Positions 29,240 to 39,458 of a DNA stretch of 64,000 nucleotides are shown here, one piece after another. The position numbers and the translations under genes are program-made. The notes under the pieces were generated by a model, which saw nothing but the letters and a program-made list of their open reading frames with translations, ran no database searches and was not told the DNA's origin. Each line of letters starts with the position of its first letter. Position 1 is the first letter of the stretch. Source of the stretch: a virus. The stretch lies in IMG/VR virus record IMGVR_UViG_3300009502_000041, positions 1 through 64,000 of that record; one strand, written 5' to 3'.

Positions 29240-30847
29240 TTAGTTAATATTTAATATAAATTTACTTTTACCACAGTCAAATATTTTTAAATATTTATTA
29301 TTTATATCTTGTTCTTTGTCATTATTAAAAACCTGTATTTCTTTTTTATTATATCTCGTTAATCCACTTGATTTAAAATAGTAATAATCTGGCTTGGTAT
29401 TATTTAAAAAACTAAAACCGAGTTGTTTTAATAAACTATCATTTGAATATCTTCTATCCGAAAAAGTTATAATTGACTTTGGTTGATATGTTATAATAAA
29501 ATAATTTAATAACTTACTTGCACCATCAACTACATAATGATTGATCTTATTACAAATATTAATCATTTTATATTCATTCTTATTAGTTTTTTTAAATGAT
29601 ATTAAAAAAACTAATTCATCATCATTATATAACCCAAAATTTAATTTAGATTTAGTATAATCGTGAATATTATTTTCATTTAGAAATATTTTAGACTTAT
29701 CAGAATTAATATTATTAATAACACAATCCTCACTAAATATTTTACTGTTAAATATGTTTAATTTTGATTTAATTATACTTTTAACAATTTCTTTTTTAAA
29801 AACCCACTCATCTTCAAAAACATGTAATAATTGAATTTCTTTTTTCTCACATAATTCTGTTTTATTTAAATGGTATTTATTATTTTTATATATGCTAGAG
29901 TGCCAATATAAACCATCAAATTCAACTCCTAACCTGCTTTCAGGTATGTAAATATCAATTTCTTTATTATTTAAAATTGTTTTATTTTTTTCTGTTTTAA
30001 GTTTTAAATCATTTTCTATAAATGATTTAATTTCATCTTCTTTAAGCGAAGAATTATTTCCAACTGGATTGCATATTATACAAGGATTTTCACATTTTCC
30101 TAAAATAACTCTCCAATAAAATACTTTTTTATTTATGGTATATTCACTATGTATTTTACACTGATTTTTAATTAAATAATTATTGTTACCATTATTAGTA
30201 ATTATTACATCTTTACCCATAATGTCGGCAGATAATTTAATTGTATTTTTTGTTTGATTTATTATTGATTTATTTTTAATGTTAATATTTTTCATTGGGT
30301 GAGATACTCCGTAATTTTCAAATAAGGTCTTTTTTATTTTATTTTTAACCAAAGGAGATTGTGATGGATAATTAACACCTAAGTTTTTTTGATTTGTTTG
30401 AATTACTTTATTTTTAATTTCTTTTGATTGTGAAATATGTTCAACCCCATATTTTTTAATTAAACTATTTTTTATTTTGTTTTTAACGTCTGCATTTTGA
30501 AAAACACAATTGCTACCATATTTTATATTATTGGTGCTTTTTATTCTATTTTTAATATTATTATCATTATTAATACATTCATTTGAGCAATATCTAAAAT
30601 ATTTGTTATTGGTATTACCCCAATTTACATTCTTATTACAAACTGGGCATACTGGTATTTTTATTATATTATTTACATAATTAAATAATTTCTGTTTAAA
30701 ACTAAAATTATTTGAAAAATATAATAAATCATGTATATTTATTTCATCATAATTTATATTATGGTGTGATTTAATATAACTTTCACGACAAACATTAGGG
30801 TTTTTATTATTTTTAATTAAAAAAATAAATTCTTCTTTATTTATCAT
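29240..30847 (-). CDS. Hef-like homing endonuclease
   Basis: CPVC..CSNEC, KYGVEH repeats, EIDIYIPESRLGVEFDGLYWHS, IFDCG; paralog of 4043..5608. Confidence 0.8.
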   Translation of the reverse strand: MINKEEFIFLIKNNKNPNVCRESYIKSHHNINYDEINIHDLLYFSNNFSFKQKLFNYVNNIIKIPVCPVCNKNVNWGNTNNKYFRYCSNECINNDNNIKNRIKSTNNIKYGSNCVFQNADVKNKIKNSLIKKYGVEHISQSKEIKNKVIQTNQKNLGVNYPSQSPLVKNKIKKTLFENYGVSHPMKNINIKNKSIINQTKNTIKLSADIMGKDVIITNNGNNNYLIKNQCKIHSEYTINKKVFYWRVILGKCENPCIICNPVGNNSSLKEDEIKSFIENDLKLKTEKNKTILNNKEIDIYIPESRLGVEFDGLYWHSSIYKNNKYHLNKTELCEKKEIQLLHVFEDEWVFKKEIVKSIIKSKLNIFNSKIFSEDCVINNINSDKSKIFLNENNIHDYTKSKLNFGLYNDDELVFLISFKKTNKNEYKMINICNKINHYVVDGASKLLNYFIITYQPKSIITFSDRRYSNDSLLKQLGFSFLNNTKPDYYYFKSSGLTRYNKKEIQVFNNDKEQDINNKYLKIFDCGKSKFILNIN

Positions 30848-30977
30848 TTCTAATATTTTTAATTATAAATTGTCTAATTTCATGTGACATAGTAGTTCTA
30901 TTTTTTTCTGTTATAATTTTAAATTGATTGAACAATTCTTCATCTAGCCTGATCATTAAAGTTTTTACTTTTTTCAT
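30837..30977 (-). CDS. ribbon-helix-helix protein (not in ORF track)
   Basis: Hand-translated 46 aa MKKVKTLMIRLDEELFNQFKIITEKNRTTMSHEIRQFIIKNIRNDK; overlaps the nuclease start. Confidence 0.75.
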   Translation of the reverse strand: MKKVKTLMIRLDEELFNQFKIITEKNRTTMSHEIRQFIIKNIRNDK

Positions 30978-30994
30978 AACATTGTTATTACATT

Positions 30995-31064
30995 TATAAA
31001 TACAAAGATATAAATAATAATTAAATATATTTTAAAATATATTATTTAACTCTTTGTATTTATA
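30995..31064. promoter_or_regulatory. divergent late promoters forming a 14-bp inverted repeat
   Basis: TATAAATACAAAGA (30995-31008) / TCTTTGTATTTATA (31051-31064). Confidence 0.65.
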
Positions 31065-31082
31065 TAAAAACGTTAAATTATC

Positions 31083-33617
31083 ATGGCTAAAAATCCCACT
31101 TCTGTAAATGCTAATAATCTTAAACAAGTTAATGATGCACTAGAAAAACAAGCCAAATTATATTCCGATCTCGGTGCTAAAGAAGAAGCAATGTTTTTAA
31201 AACAGAAAATGGCTGAAAATAACAGAACGGCTATTAATAAACTTCTTAAAGAACAATTAGAATTAACTAATTTGATCGGTCCTAAGACCATTGAACAAGA
31301 AGAAACACTTGCAAAAATTCCTGCTCTATTAAATAAAATTACGAAAGAACACGCAAAATTAATTGCCGATTTAAAAACCGAAAATGAATTATTAAAATCT
31401 GGTGTTAAATACAGACAAATTGCTGTTGATTTAACAAGAGAATTGGGCAATCAATTAAAACTTGGGTGGACATATTTACAAGCATCAGATAAAGCAATTA
31501 AATCAACAATTCTTAATTTAGGAATGTCTGGTGCTAAAGCAGTCGAAATGAGATTATCTTTTGAGCAATCCGCACAATTTGCTGCAACTTTAGGTGCTAA
31601 TTTGGAAGATATTCAAAAAATAATGGAGGGTTTTGCTGATGAAACTGGTAGAGCACGTGTATTATCAGCTCAAATGGTTGAAGATGTTGTAACTATGGGT
31701 AAAGGTACTGGATTAGGTATTGAAAATGCAACTAAACTTGGTGCTCAATTTGAATATATGGGTGTTGATGTTAAAAATACAATGAATTTTGTACAAGGTG
31801 TTGTAGACACATCTGAAAGAATGGGTGTTAATACAACTAAAGTATTAAAAACAGTTAATGATAATTTTAAAAAATTAAGTACTTTTACTTTTCAGGGTGG
31901 TGTAAAGGCAATGGGTCAAATGGCAATGAATGCCGAAAAAACTAGAGTAAGTTTAGCTACCGCACTTAATGTTGCCGAAGCAACTAGAGGATTAGATCAA
32001 GTTATTGAATTAGGTGCTAATTTACAGGTAATGGGTGGTGAGTTTGCTAAAATGGACCCATTCCAATGGTTATATATGGCTCGTAATGAACCAGATAAAA
32101 TGACTGAAAAAATTTCTGAAATGACAAAGGGTATTTATACACTTAAAAAAAATTCAGATGGTACTTTTGAAAAATTTATAAGTCCTGAAGATAGAGATAG
32201 ACTTGCAAACGTTGCAAAATCATTAGGAATATCACAAGAAGAAATATCACAAATTGCACAAAGAAGACTTGATTTAAGTCTTTTAGATAAACAAACTGCT
32301 GGAATGGGTTTAACTAAACGTGAAAAAGAATTAATTCAAGGTGCATCCACAATGAATAGTGCCACAGGTAAATATCAAGTATTACTTGGTGGTCATATGC
32401 AAGATATTAGTACTTTAACTAAAGACCAAGCAGATGCATTTGCTAAAGAACAAGTATTACTTAAAGATAGAGCAAAAGAAGCCCAAACCTTTGATGAGGC
32501 ATTTAAAAACACCATAAACGCATTAAAAGCAGCATTATTGCCTTTGTTAGATAATGTGAATGGTTTATTAAAAACCGTTAGACCAATTTTTGATGCAATA
32601 AGTAAGTTTGGAACTGGTGGTGCGATTGCAACATTATTACTTGCGGGTCTTGCGTGGAAAGGCGTTGTTGGTGTTCTTGGTAGATTAACAAGTACTTTTG
32701 TTGAAAAAGGAGTTTCTACTGTAGGTGGTTCTATTGGTAGAATGTTTGGGAAAAACCCAGTATATGGGCCACAATTACCCCCACCCACAGCACCAGCAGG
32801 TGGTGGTACATTTGGGGGTGGTGCAGGTGGTACTGCATTAGGTATTGGTGCAGGTATTGGTGCTGCTGCTTTAGGTACTGGCGCAGGTGTTGGTGCTGCT
32901 GCTGCTGGTATTAGTTTATTGGCAGATGCAATGAGTAAATTGGATGTTGAAAAAGCAAAAATTTTACAAAACATAGTAATCACAATTGGTTTAATTACAG
33001 CAGCTGGAATTGCAGCTGCTACCACATTAATGTTTGCTGCACCATCAATAGTTGCTTTTGGCACAGCAGCGGGTGCAGCATCTATTGGTATTGGTATGTT
33101 AGCAATAGCATTAACACCGATTGGTCTTTCAGTTTTAGCAATAGGTGCAGGTATTGGTCTTGCAACAGCTGGAATTGGATATATGTTTACAGGAATTGGT
33201 AATTTAGTAACAGGAGTTGGTAATTTAGTTACATCATTTTCTAATTTAAAAATAAGTAGCGAAACACTTACAGCAATAAAAACAATTGCACTAAGTGCAC
33301 CAGATTTTAAAATAGTTGGTGATAGTTTTGCTAATATAAATGCAGCTTTATCTGGAAGTAAAGATGATTGGGTTGCTGTTCAAAATGCAATTACTGCAAT
33401 TAGCGGTGCAAACATATCTGGTGGTGGAATGTTGGCTGAATTAGCAAACCTATTGAGAAGTCCATTAAAAGTTGAATTCACCGATAAAAATGTTGCTATC
33501 GTAAGTAATATTACAATGGAAATAGATGGGGAGAAATTTATGCAAAAAGTATATAATATTAATACTTCAGTACAAAAACTTGCATCTGCTAGAAATGGAA
33601 CAGGTGGACAAGTGTAA
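31083..33617 (+). CDS. tail tape measure protein
   Basis: Helical, Ala/Gly-rich with hydrophobic segments; C-terminal ITMEIDGEKF; downstream of the chaperone pair. Confidence 0.85.
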   Translation: MAKNPTSVNANNLKQVNDALEKQAKLYSDLGAKEEAMFLKQKMAENNRTAINKLLKEQLELTNLIGPKTIEQEETLAKIPALLNKITKEHAKLIADLKTENELLKSGVKYRQIAVDLTRELGNQLKLGWTYLQASDKAIKSTILNLGMSGAKAVEMRLSFEQSAQFAATLGANLEDIQKIMEGFADETGRARVLSAQMVEDVVTMGKGTGLGIENATKLGAQFEYMGVDVKNTMNFVQGVVDTSERMGVNTTKVLKTVNDNFKKLSTFTFQGGVKAMGQMAMNAEKTRVSLATALNVAEATRGLDQVIELGANLQVMGGEFAKMDPFQWLYMARNEPDKMTEKISEMTKGIYTLKKNSDGTFEKFISPEDRDRLANVAKSLGISQEEISQIAQRRLDLSLLDKQTAGMGLTKREKELIQGASTMNSATGKYQVLLGGHMQDISTLTKDQADAFAKEQVLLKDRAKEAQTFDEAFKNTINALKAALLPLLDNVNGLLKTVRPIFDAISKFGTGGAIATLLLAGLAWKGVVGVLGRLTSTFVEKGVSTVGGSIGRMFGKNPVYGPQLPPPTAPAGGGTFGGGAGGTALGIGAGIGAAALGTGAGVGAAAAGISLLADAMSKLDVEKAKILQNIVITIGLITAAGIAAATTLMFAAPSIVAFGTAAGAASIGIGMLAIALTPIGLSVLAIGAGIGLATAGIGYMFTGIGNLVTGVGNLVTSFSNLKISSETLTAIKTIALSAPDFKIVGDSFANINAALSGSKDDWVAVQNAITAISGANISGGGMLAELANLLRSPLKVEFTDKNVAIVSNITMEIDGEKFMQKVYNINTSVQKLASARNGTGGQV

Positions 33618-33744
33618 ACATAAATACCTAATTATCAGCTATTTAAATTTATTTTATTATTTATTTAATTGTTAATATTTGTTAATAAAAGTTAAATATT
33701 AATATTTTTATCAAAAACATGGTAATTACTAACTTTATTTTTTG

Positions 33745-33881
33745 TAACTTTGACGTAGCTTTACGCAAGCGCACAGCATAGCGTACTGACGTACACTACA
33801 CAGTCTCGCACCGCACGCTACTTTCTTCAGTTCTGCGAACCAAAGAACAAATTTACAAGGTTTGTTATTGAATTTTTCAAA
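33745..33881. ncRNA. GC-rich structured non-coding island flanked by promoter motifs (ncRNA or origin candidate)
   Basis: ~95-nt GC-rich block in a ~495-nt AT-rich gap; several self-complementary segments; TAnnTTTG motifs pointing inward from both sides. Confidence 0.35.
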
Positions 33882-34112
33882 TCCAATTAAAACTTGACAT
33901 GATAGGGTAGCTATATTCATTTTATAAATAAAATTCAAATTAAAAATCAAAAGTAGTAATTAAATTATAATAAAAAATAATTATTACAAATTATTACCCA
34001 ATTTTTTTGTTAAAATAATGGTGAGAAAAATTTTTGGGTTTTGGAGCGGTCTATTCCAATGTAAAAATACAGTAAATAAAATCAATATGCAAGTATTTAT
34101 TTAAAAAAATTA

Positions 34113-37100
34113 ATGGCAAATACATCTGGTATTCCAACTTCAAGATTATTAACTAGTACGGAGGCTTTGAGAAAGACATTAGCTGCTAGAAATATTTATG
34201 CACCTGATACTGAATATCCTATTAATACTCAAACTACAGTTAATAAAACTGTTGATGCTATTAATAGTGTTATTGCAGGAATAACACCTTTCAAATCGAT
34301 CAATCTTGAAAATACTGTATTTGGTAGAATTGTAACAAATCAAACTCCAATTTCAACAATTGGTTTAGCTATGCTTGCTAAACAAATGGCACTCAATTCG
34401 ATGTCACATGCTTCTCAGCAAGTATTACCTGTATTAAATTTAAGTAATGTTTTAACTGGAAAACCAATAATATCATTTAGCAAGAATTATAATATTACGG
34501 TTAAATCAAGCACAAGCTTTTTAGAAAAATTAAGTCATATTGCTGCATATTGGTATCCAAATAGAGATTATCCATTTAAGCCAACCTCAACCAATGATGA
34601 TTATATCAAAAATAGTGGTAAGGGACAATTAAGTTTAATGTATACTGCTATTAATAGAAATCCCTATAAACAGGGTAAAGTTGGTGATGTTTTTTCTGAA
34701 TATGCAGATGTTGTAAAAATACCAATTAACCCAAGAGATGTAATTTATAATATAGGTAATAAAACTTTTTTTAATTATAATGATAATAAGGAATATCCTT
34801 ATTTGAAAACAGTACCTAAAGAAAGTTCAATTGCACAGGCAAATGCTGGAATGAATCAGGCATATGTTTTAAATGGTTCATCAATACAAGAATATGCACC
34901 AACTGCTGAGTTTATTGATAATAATTTTGGAAGCACTATTTCTAAAGTATCTGACGAAATGTTAGATGAAGGATTTTTAAACTTATATTCTGACTATAAT
35001 ATGAATAGTTGGGTTGGTGATAATACTGAATTTAGTGATTTAATTGAAAATAAAGTTGTTTGGGGTAGAGATGGTGTTACTAAAGAAACTGCTGCAATAA
35101 CATCTGGTTTACAAGGTCTTCCTAGTGGTGTTTCAGTTGTTCCTCAAAATTTATCTAGTGGATTTAACATAAATGCTGGTTTATTGGAATATACGAGAAA
35201 TCTAGTAAATGCTACAGAAGGTTCTGTTGTTGATATTACAAGAAAAGCATATTTAAAAGACGGTAAAATTGCTGGATTTAATGGTTCTGCACTATGGAGA
35301 GCACCCTCAACGTCATTTCCTGAAAATGCTGGAAAAGTTGGCTTACGTCAACATTCCGTATTAGATCAATATGATAGATTTGCAAAAGCAATTCGATTTA
35401 ATGGTAATAATTTATATCAGGGAAATGAAGATTCTGTAATATTCAATTCAGTGTTACCACGCATACATCCCGTTTTAAATAAAAAAGGTGTGTTGGAAAA
35501 TAAAAATATGATGTTTAGTATTGAAAATCTTGCCATTCGTGTAATAAGCACTAACGATGGTTTTGGTGTGATTGATGATGAATATGGTTCACCTATACCA
35601 GCAAGTGAAGTCGGTCAGTTCAACGGGCGTGTGATGTGGTTTCCACCATACAACTTGGAAGTTAATGAAACTGCAACAGCTAAATATGAGTCTACTGTAA
35701 TGGTGGGAAGAAATGAACCAATGTATAATTACATGAATTCAGAAAGAAGTGCAACATTAAATTTTTCTTTATTGGTTGATTATCCACCACAATTAAGAAA
35801 TTTTGCTAATAGCGAGACTGCTCATAAAGACATTGCGGAATTTTTTGCATTTGGAGGCGATTCAACTGCTTTACAGGGAAAATATAAAGGTGATTCTGAA
35901 TATAAAATAAAGCAACTAGAAGAGGAAATAAATAAAATTAATGGTGGTGGTGCAATCTCCGAACCAAAAATTAACGTTCCTACCCCTATCTCAATATATT
36001 TTCCAAACAATATTCCAGAAGAGGGAGATGATCTTAATTCAATTATTGATGAGATGTATAAAGGCGGTAAGGGCGGTTATCATTATGAGATTATTCCTAA
36101 TTGTAAATCGAGTGATGGGGGTCATTACGCATTAAATGCTCCAATTTATTGGATTAGTGGTGTTACTCAAGAATTTGATGACATAACTGGAAAATTTGTA
36201 TATTATGCACCAACTTCACCATCATTTTCACAATATGAGTATTCATCCACTAATCAAGACGGATTTAGTTCTAGTTTAAATTTAAATAAAGTATTAAAAG
36301 ATGTGTATGATAATGAAATGCTTAGAAAATATTATAGTATTAGAATAGTAGGTGCTGCATCAAAATTATATATTGAAAATGGTACAAACGGTACTGAGGT
36401 TAATTTTAATAATCTTTTGGGTCAAAGAAGGGCAGATGCTGCAAAATCTTTTGTAGACCAAAGATTAATTGCAATTTATGATAAATCAGCAACAGAATTG
36501 GGTATTGATATAGTTACTTCAACTTCAGGTAGTATTAGTGCTAAAGCCCCCGCTACTGCTGATGCAATACCATTATTATCTACTAAACTGGAGAGAAATG
36601 CTAGTATTAATATATATCGAAATAACAAGACTTTTGACGAAAAAGCAAAAAAATTAACCATAGAAGAAGAAGAAACAATTAAACAATTACAAATCGAAAT
36701 TGACGTTTTAACAACTCAGATTAATAATACTAAATCACCAAGAGAATTAATTTATAATGAAAGAAAAGCAAGTGAGACCGCAATTTTAAATGGTTTTAAA
36801 TCAGTTACTGGTAATTATTTGTATCCAGCATTTCATTCTCAGACACCAGAAGATTTTCATAAAAGATTAACATTTTTACAACAATGTACAAGACAGGGTG
36901 CAGCTAAAAGATATGATGTTGTAAATGAAAATGGAACATTAAGAGCAAAGAATTCGGTTTTCGGTAGACAACCCATATGTATTTTAAGGGTTGGCGATTT
37001 CTTTTATACAAAAGTTATAATTGAAAATGTTAACATTGACTATAATGAAGTTCCTTGGGATATGAACCCAGAGGGATTTGGCATGCAACCAATGATGGCT

Positions 37101-37376
37101 AAAGTTACATTACAAATGAAATTAATTGGTGGTCAATCGTTGAAAGGACCGATCGATGCACTTCAGAATGCCGTTTCGTTTAACTATTATGCTAATTCAT
37201 CTTATAGTTCAGATGGTATGTATAAATTGCCTTCAGACCAAGCAACTGCGCAGTCTTCATATATCAATGGCATTTTAACTACCGAAAAAAATAGTCTAAT
37301 GGGGGCATATGATAAAAAACATCCCAAAAACACTAACACTGTAATTAATGGACAAACAACCGTTAATAATGAATAA
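34113..37376 (+). CDS. large baseplate/tail-tube-initiator-like protein with OmpA-like domain
   Basis: GRNEPMYNY.NSERS, PICILRVGDFF (gp48/gp54-like); IYFPNN...GAAS...N..LGQRRADAAK (OmpA-C-like); GTATTTAT at 34093-34100. Confidence 0.7.
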   Translation: MANTSGIPTSRLLTSTEALRKTLAARNIYAPDTEYPINTQTTVNKTVDAINSVIAGITPFKSINLENTVFGRIVTNQTPISTIGLAMLAKQMALNSMSHASQQVLPVLNLSNVLTGKPIISFSKNYNITVKSSTSFLEKLSHIAAYWYPNRDYPFKPTSTNDDYIKNSGKGQLSLMYTAINRNPYKQGKVGDVFSEYADVVKIPINPRDVIYNIGNKTFFNYNDNKEYPYLKTVPKESSIAQANAGMNQAYVLNGSSIQEYAPTAEFIDNNFGSTISKVSDEMLDEGFLNLYSDYNMNSWVGDNTEFSDLIENKVVWGRDGVTKETAAITSGLQGLPSGVSVVPQNLSSGFNINAGLLEYTRNLVNATEGSVVDITRKAYLKDGKIAGFNGSALWRAPSTSFPENAGKVGLRQHSVLDQYDRFAKAIRFNGNNLYQGNEDSVIFNSVLPRIHPVLNKKGVLENKNMMFSIENLAIRVISTNDGFGVIDDEYGSPIPASEVGQFNGRVMWFPPYNLEVNETATAKYESTVMVGRNEPMYNYMNSERSATLNFSLLVDYPPQLRNFANSETAHKDIAEFFAFGGDSTALQGKYKGDSEYKIKQLEEEINKINGGGAISEPKINVPTPISIYFPNNIPEEGDDLNSIIDEMYKGGKGGYHYEIIPNCKSSDGGHYALNAPIYWISGVTQEFDDITGKFVYYAPTSPSFSQYEYSSTNQDGFSSSLNLNKVLKDVYDNEMLRKYYSIRIVGAASKLYIENGTNGTEVNFNNLLGQRRADAAKSFVDQRLIAIYDKSATELGIDIVTSTSGSISAKAPATADAIPLLSTKLERNASINIYRNNKTFDEKAKKLTIEEEETIKQLQIEIDVLTTQINNTKSPRELIYNERKASETAILNGFKSVTGNYLYPAFHSQTPEDFHKRLTFLQQCTRQGAAKRYDVVNENGTLRAKNSVFGRQPICILRVGDFFYTKVIIENVNIDYNEVPWDMNPEGFGMQPMMAKVTLQMKLIGGQSLKGPIDALQNAVSFNYYANSSYSSDGMYKLPSDQATAQSSYINGILTTEKNSLMGAYDKKHPKNTNTVINGQTTVNNE

Positions 37377-37394
37377 AATTTAAAATAATTAATT

Positions 37395-37709
37395 ATGCCA
37401 TACGTAGATTATAACAGATATTCAATATTAGCAAATGACAACGGTACAACAGAACTAATGCCTTTTGTCAATTTACCAATTAATCAAAGTGACAAATATG
37501 AAAACTGGAACACTGAGTTTAGTAGGTTGGACAAATTATCACAAAAATATTATGGTAATCCATTTTATGATTTTTTAATATTATATGCTAATAATATTTA
37601 TCTTAGTGAATTTGACATTCCAGACAATGCGGTTATAAGAATTGGATTTCCTCTAAATAAAGTTAAGGCAGATTATGAAGCAGCTTTAACTCAATTTAAA
37701 AAACAATAA
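37395..37709 (+). CDS. baseplate wedge gp53/LysM-like protein
   Basis: RLDKLSQKYYGNPFYDFLILYAN...IPDNAVIRI. Confidence 0.8.
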   Translation: MPYVDYNRYSILANDNGTTELMPFVNLPINQSDKYENWNTEFSRLDKLSQKYYGNPFYDFLILYANNIYLSEFDIPDNAVIRIGFPLNKVKADYEAALTQFKKQ

Positions 37710-37715
37710 TAATCC

Positions 37716-37746
37716 TTGTAAATTACAAATATGTTTTATATATTTG
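37716..37746 (+). promoter_or_regulatory. Bacteroidota-type promoter
   Basis: TTG-N20-TATATTTG. Confidence 0.65.
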
Positions 37747-37822
37747 CGGTTGGAATATACTGTAAATATATAAACATGAAATACGATGAAATAGTTAAGC
37801 AGTTTCAAAGCAATATTTTTGA

Positions 37823-38125
37823 AACGTTAACAATAACAGAAGTAGCTTTGTTAAAAAATCTAAAGGTGCTTATTCTAGCGCATTTAAAAATGGTTGGTTT
37901 GATGAAGTTTGTTCACATATGATTATAAAACATAAACCAAAAAATTATTGGAATAAGGAAATGTGCACAAAAGAAGCGTTAAAATATAACGGCAGATACG
38001 AATTTCAAAAAAATTCAATGAGTGCTTATCGTTCGGCAATTTTAAATGGCTGGCTAGATGAGGTTTGTTCGCATATGGTAATTTCTGAAATCTATTTAAA
38101 AACACAAAAGAATAATGAAAGATAA
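37823..38125 (+). pseudogene. homing-endonuclease repeat remnant without a nuclease domain
   Basis: Frame of 37919 extends upstream as RSSFVKKSKGAYSSAFKNGWFDEVCSHM, then YWNKEMCTKEALKY...NGWLDEVCSHM; same repeat as 60033..61418. Confidence 0.65.
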
Positions 38126-38807
38126 AATAATAGTAGTTTTCTCTTCACATTTAGGAGAAGAATACGATAATAAATTCATTAAGCATATTAGTGATACCAT
38201 TGGAGTTAAGCATACAGCAATTGCTTACCCCAATTACAATCAATTTAGTTTACCTGAAGTCTACAATCTGGCAATAAAAGAAAATAATGCCAAAAATGTG
38301 ATATTTGTGTTCTGTCACAATGATCTAACCATACTCAGCCCTAATTGGGGAAGATTATTACTTACAAAATTTAATAGCACTAATTATTCGATTATTGGTG
38401 TTGCTGGTACTACATACCTTAACGAAAATGGTGTTTGGTGGCACGATAGATCAACAATGCATGGCGTTGTTGAACATACCGATGGAACAAACACATGGGT
38501 TAATGAATACTCAAAACCACGTGCTGGACATATCACTCCCGTTGTTTTAATTGATGGTTTATTTATGGCTGTTGATTGTAATAACATTGAACATCAATTT
38601 GATGAAGATTTTAAAGGCTTCCACCACTACGATACTTCGTTTTGTTTACCTAATGCAATTGCTGGCGTAAACATTGGTGTAACCACCGATATAAGAATTT
38701 TACACCAATCAGTGGGTATGACAAATGACCAATGGGAATTAAATAGGATACAATTAGTAGAAAAATATAAAAACGAATTACCAATTTCAATTAATGATTT
38801 TAATTAA
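38115..38807 (+). CDS. GT-A glycosyltransferase-like protein
   Basis: SLPEVYN, VFCHNDL, IIGVAG, LIDGLFMA, FDEDFKGFHHYD. Confidence 0.85.
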   Translation: MKDKIIVVFSSHLGEEYDNKFIKHISDTIGVKHTAIAYPNYNQFSLPEVYNLAIKENNAKNVIFVFCHNDLTILSPNWGRLLLTKFNSTNYSIIGVAGTTYLNENGVWWHDRSTMHGVVEHTDGTNTWVNEYSKPRAGHITPVVLIDGLFMAVDCNNIEHQFDEDFKGFHHYDTSFCLPNAIAGVNIGVTTDIRILHQSVGMTNDQWELNRIQLVEKYKNELPISINDFN

Positions 38808-38813
38808 AAATTT

Positions 38814-39446
38814 ATGATTAAAGTAGATAAAATAGATGGCGGATTACCAATAAGCATTATTGTACCTCTAAGTAAAAGCAGAAAAGACTTTTTTGAGCAC
38901 ATGGTATTACCGCTAATTGAAGCAAATGATGTTAATGAAATTATTGTTAATGATGATGAGGGACGTGCACCTAAAAAAAGAAATGCAGGATTTAAAAAAT
39001 CAACTCAGCCATTCATACTGTTTGTAGATGATGATATTCTACTACCAAGTAATTATGCATCAACATTATACAAAACTTTAATGAAAAATCCCGATGTTGA
39101 TTTTGTATATACTGGGTATAATGGCATTGTGTTACATCCCGAATCACACCCAATAGGAAGAAATTTTCAAATTCCACCAATTGAATTTAGTATTAACGCT
39201 TTAAGACAAGGAAATTATATTTCGACAATGACATTGATGCGCAGAGAAGTATTTCCAATGTTTGACGAAAATTTAAAAAGACTACAAGACTGGGACATGT
39301 TTTTAACTATCTGTAAAAATGGTGGTAAAGGCATTTTAGTGCCGAATTTAACCTTTTATGCATTCTACCTTGATTCGGGTATTACTTCTAATGATAATAG
39401 TGAAATTGATGCTCTAAATGCAATAAGAATTAAACATCAAATTTAA
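38814..39446 (+). CDS. glycosyltransferase family 2
   Basis: ISIIVP, RNAG, ILFVDDD, FDENL..LQDWD. Confidence 0.9.
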   Translation: MIKVDKIDGGLPISIIVPLSKSRKDFFEHMVLPLIEANDVNEIIVNDDEGRAPKKRNAGFKKSTQPFILFVDDDILLPSNYASTLYKTLMKNPDVDFVYTGYNGIVLHPESHPIGRNFQIPPIEFSINALRQGNYISTMTLMRREVFPMFDENLKRLQDWDMFLTICKNGGKGILVPNLTFYAFYLDSGITSNDNSEIDALNAIRIKHQI

Positions 39447-39454
39447 GTATTTAT
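39447..39454 (+). promoter_or_regulatory. putative late promoter inside the glycosylation island
   Basis: AAGTATTTATT immediately after the stop of the preceding GT2. Confidence 0.55.
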
Positions 39455-39458
39455 TTTA

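Noticed and set aside
32393-33064. 223-aa Pro/Ala-rich minus-strand ORF
   Set aside because: Antisense shadow of the Gly/Ala-rich part of the tape measure gene.
33620-33627. Minus-strand GTATTTAT pointing antisense into the tape measure gene
   Set aside because: No ORF downstream; an AT-rich 8-mer can occur by chance, so it is not counted as a promoter.
33735-33950. 71-aa minus-strand ORF over the GC-rich island
   Set aside because: Non-ATG start, atypical composition and an internal promoter motif; treated as non-coding, though not excluded.
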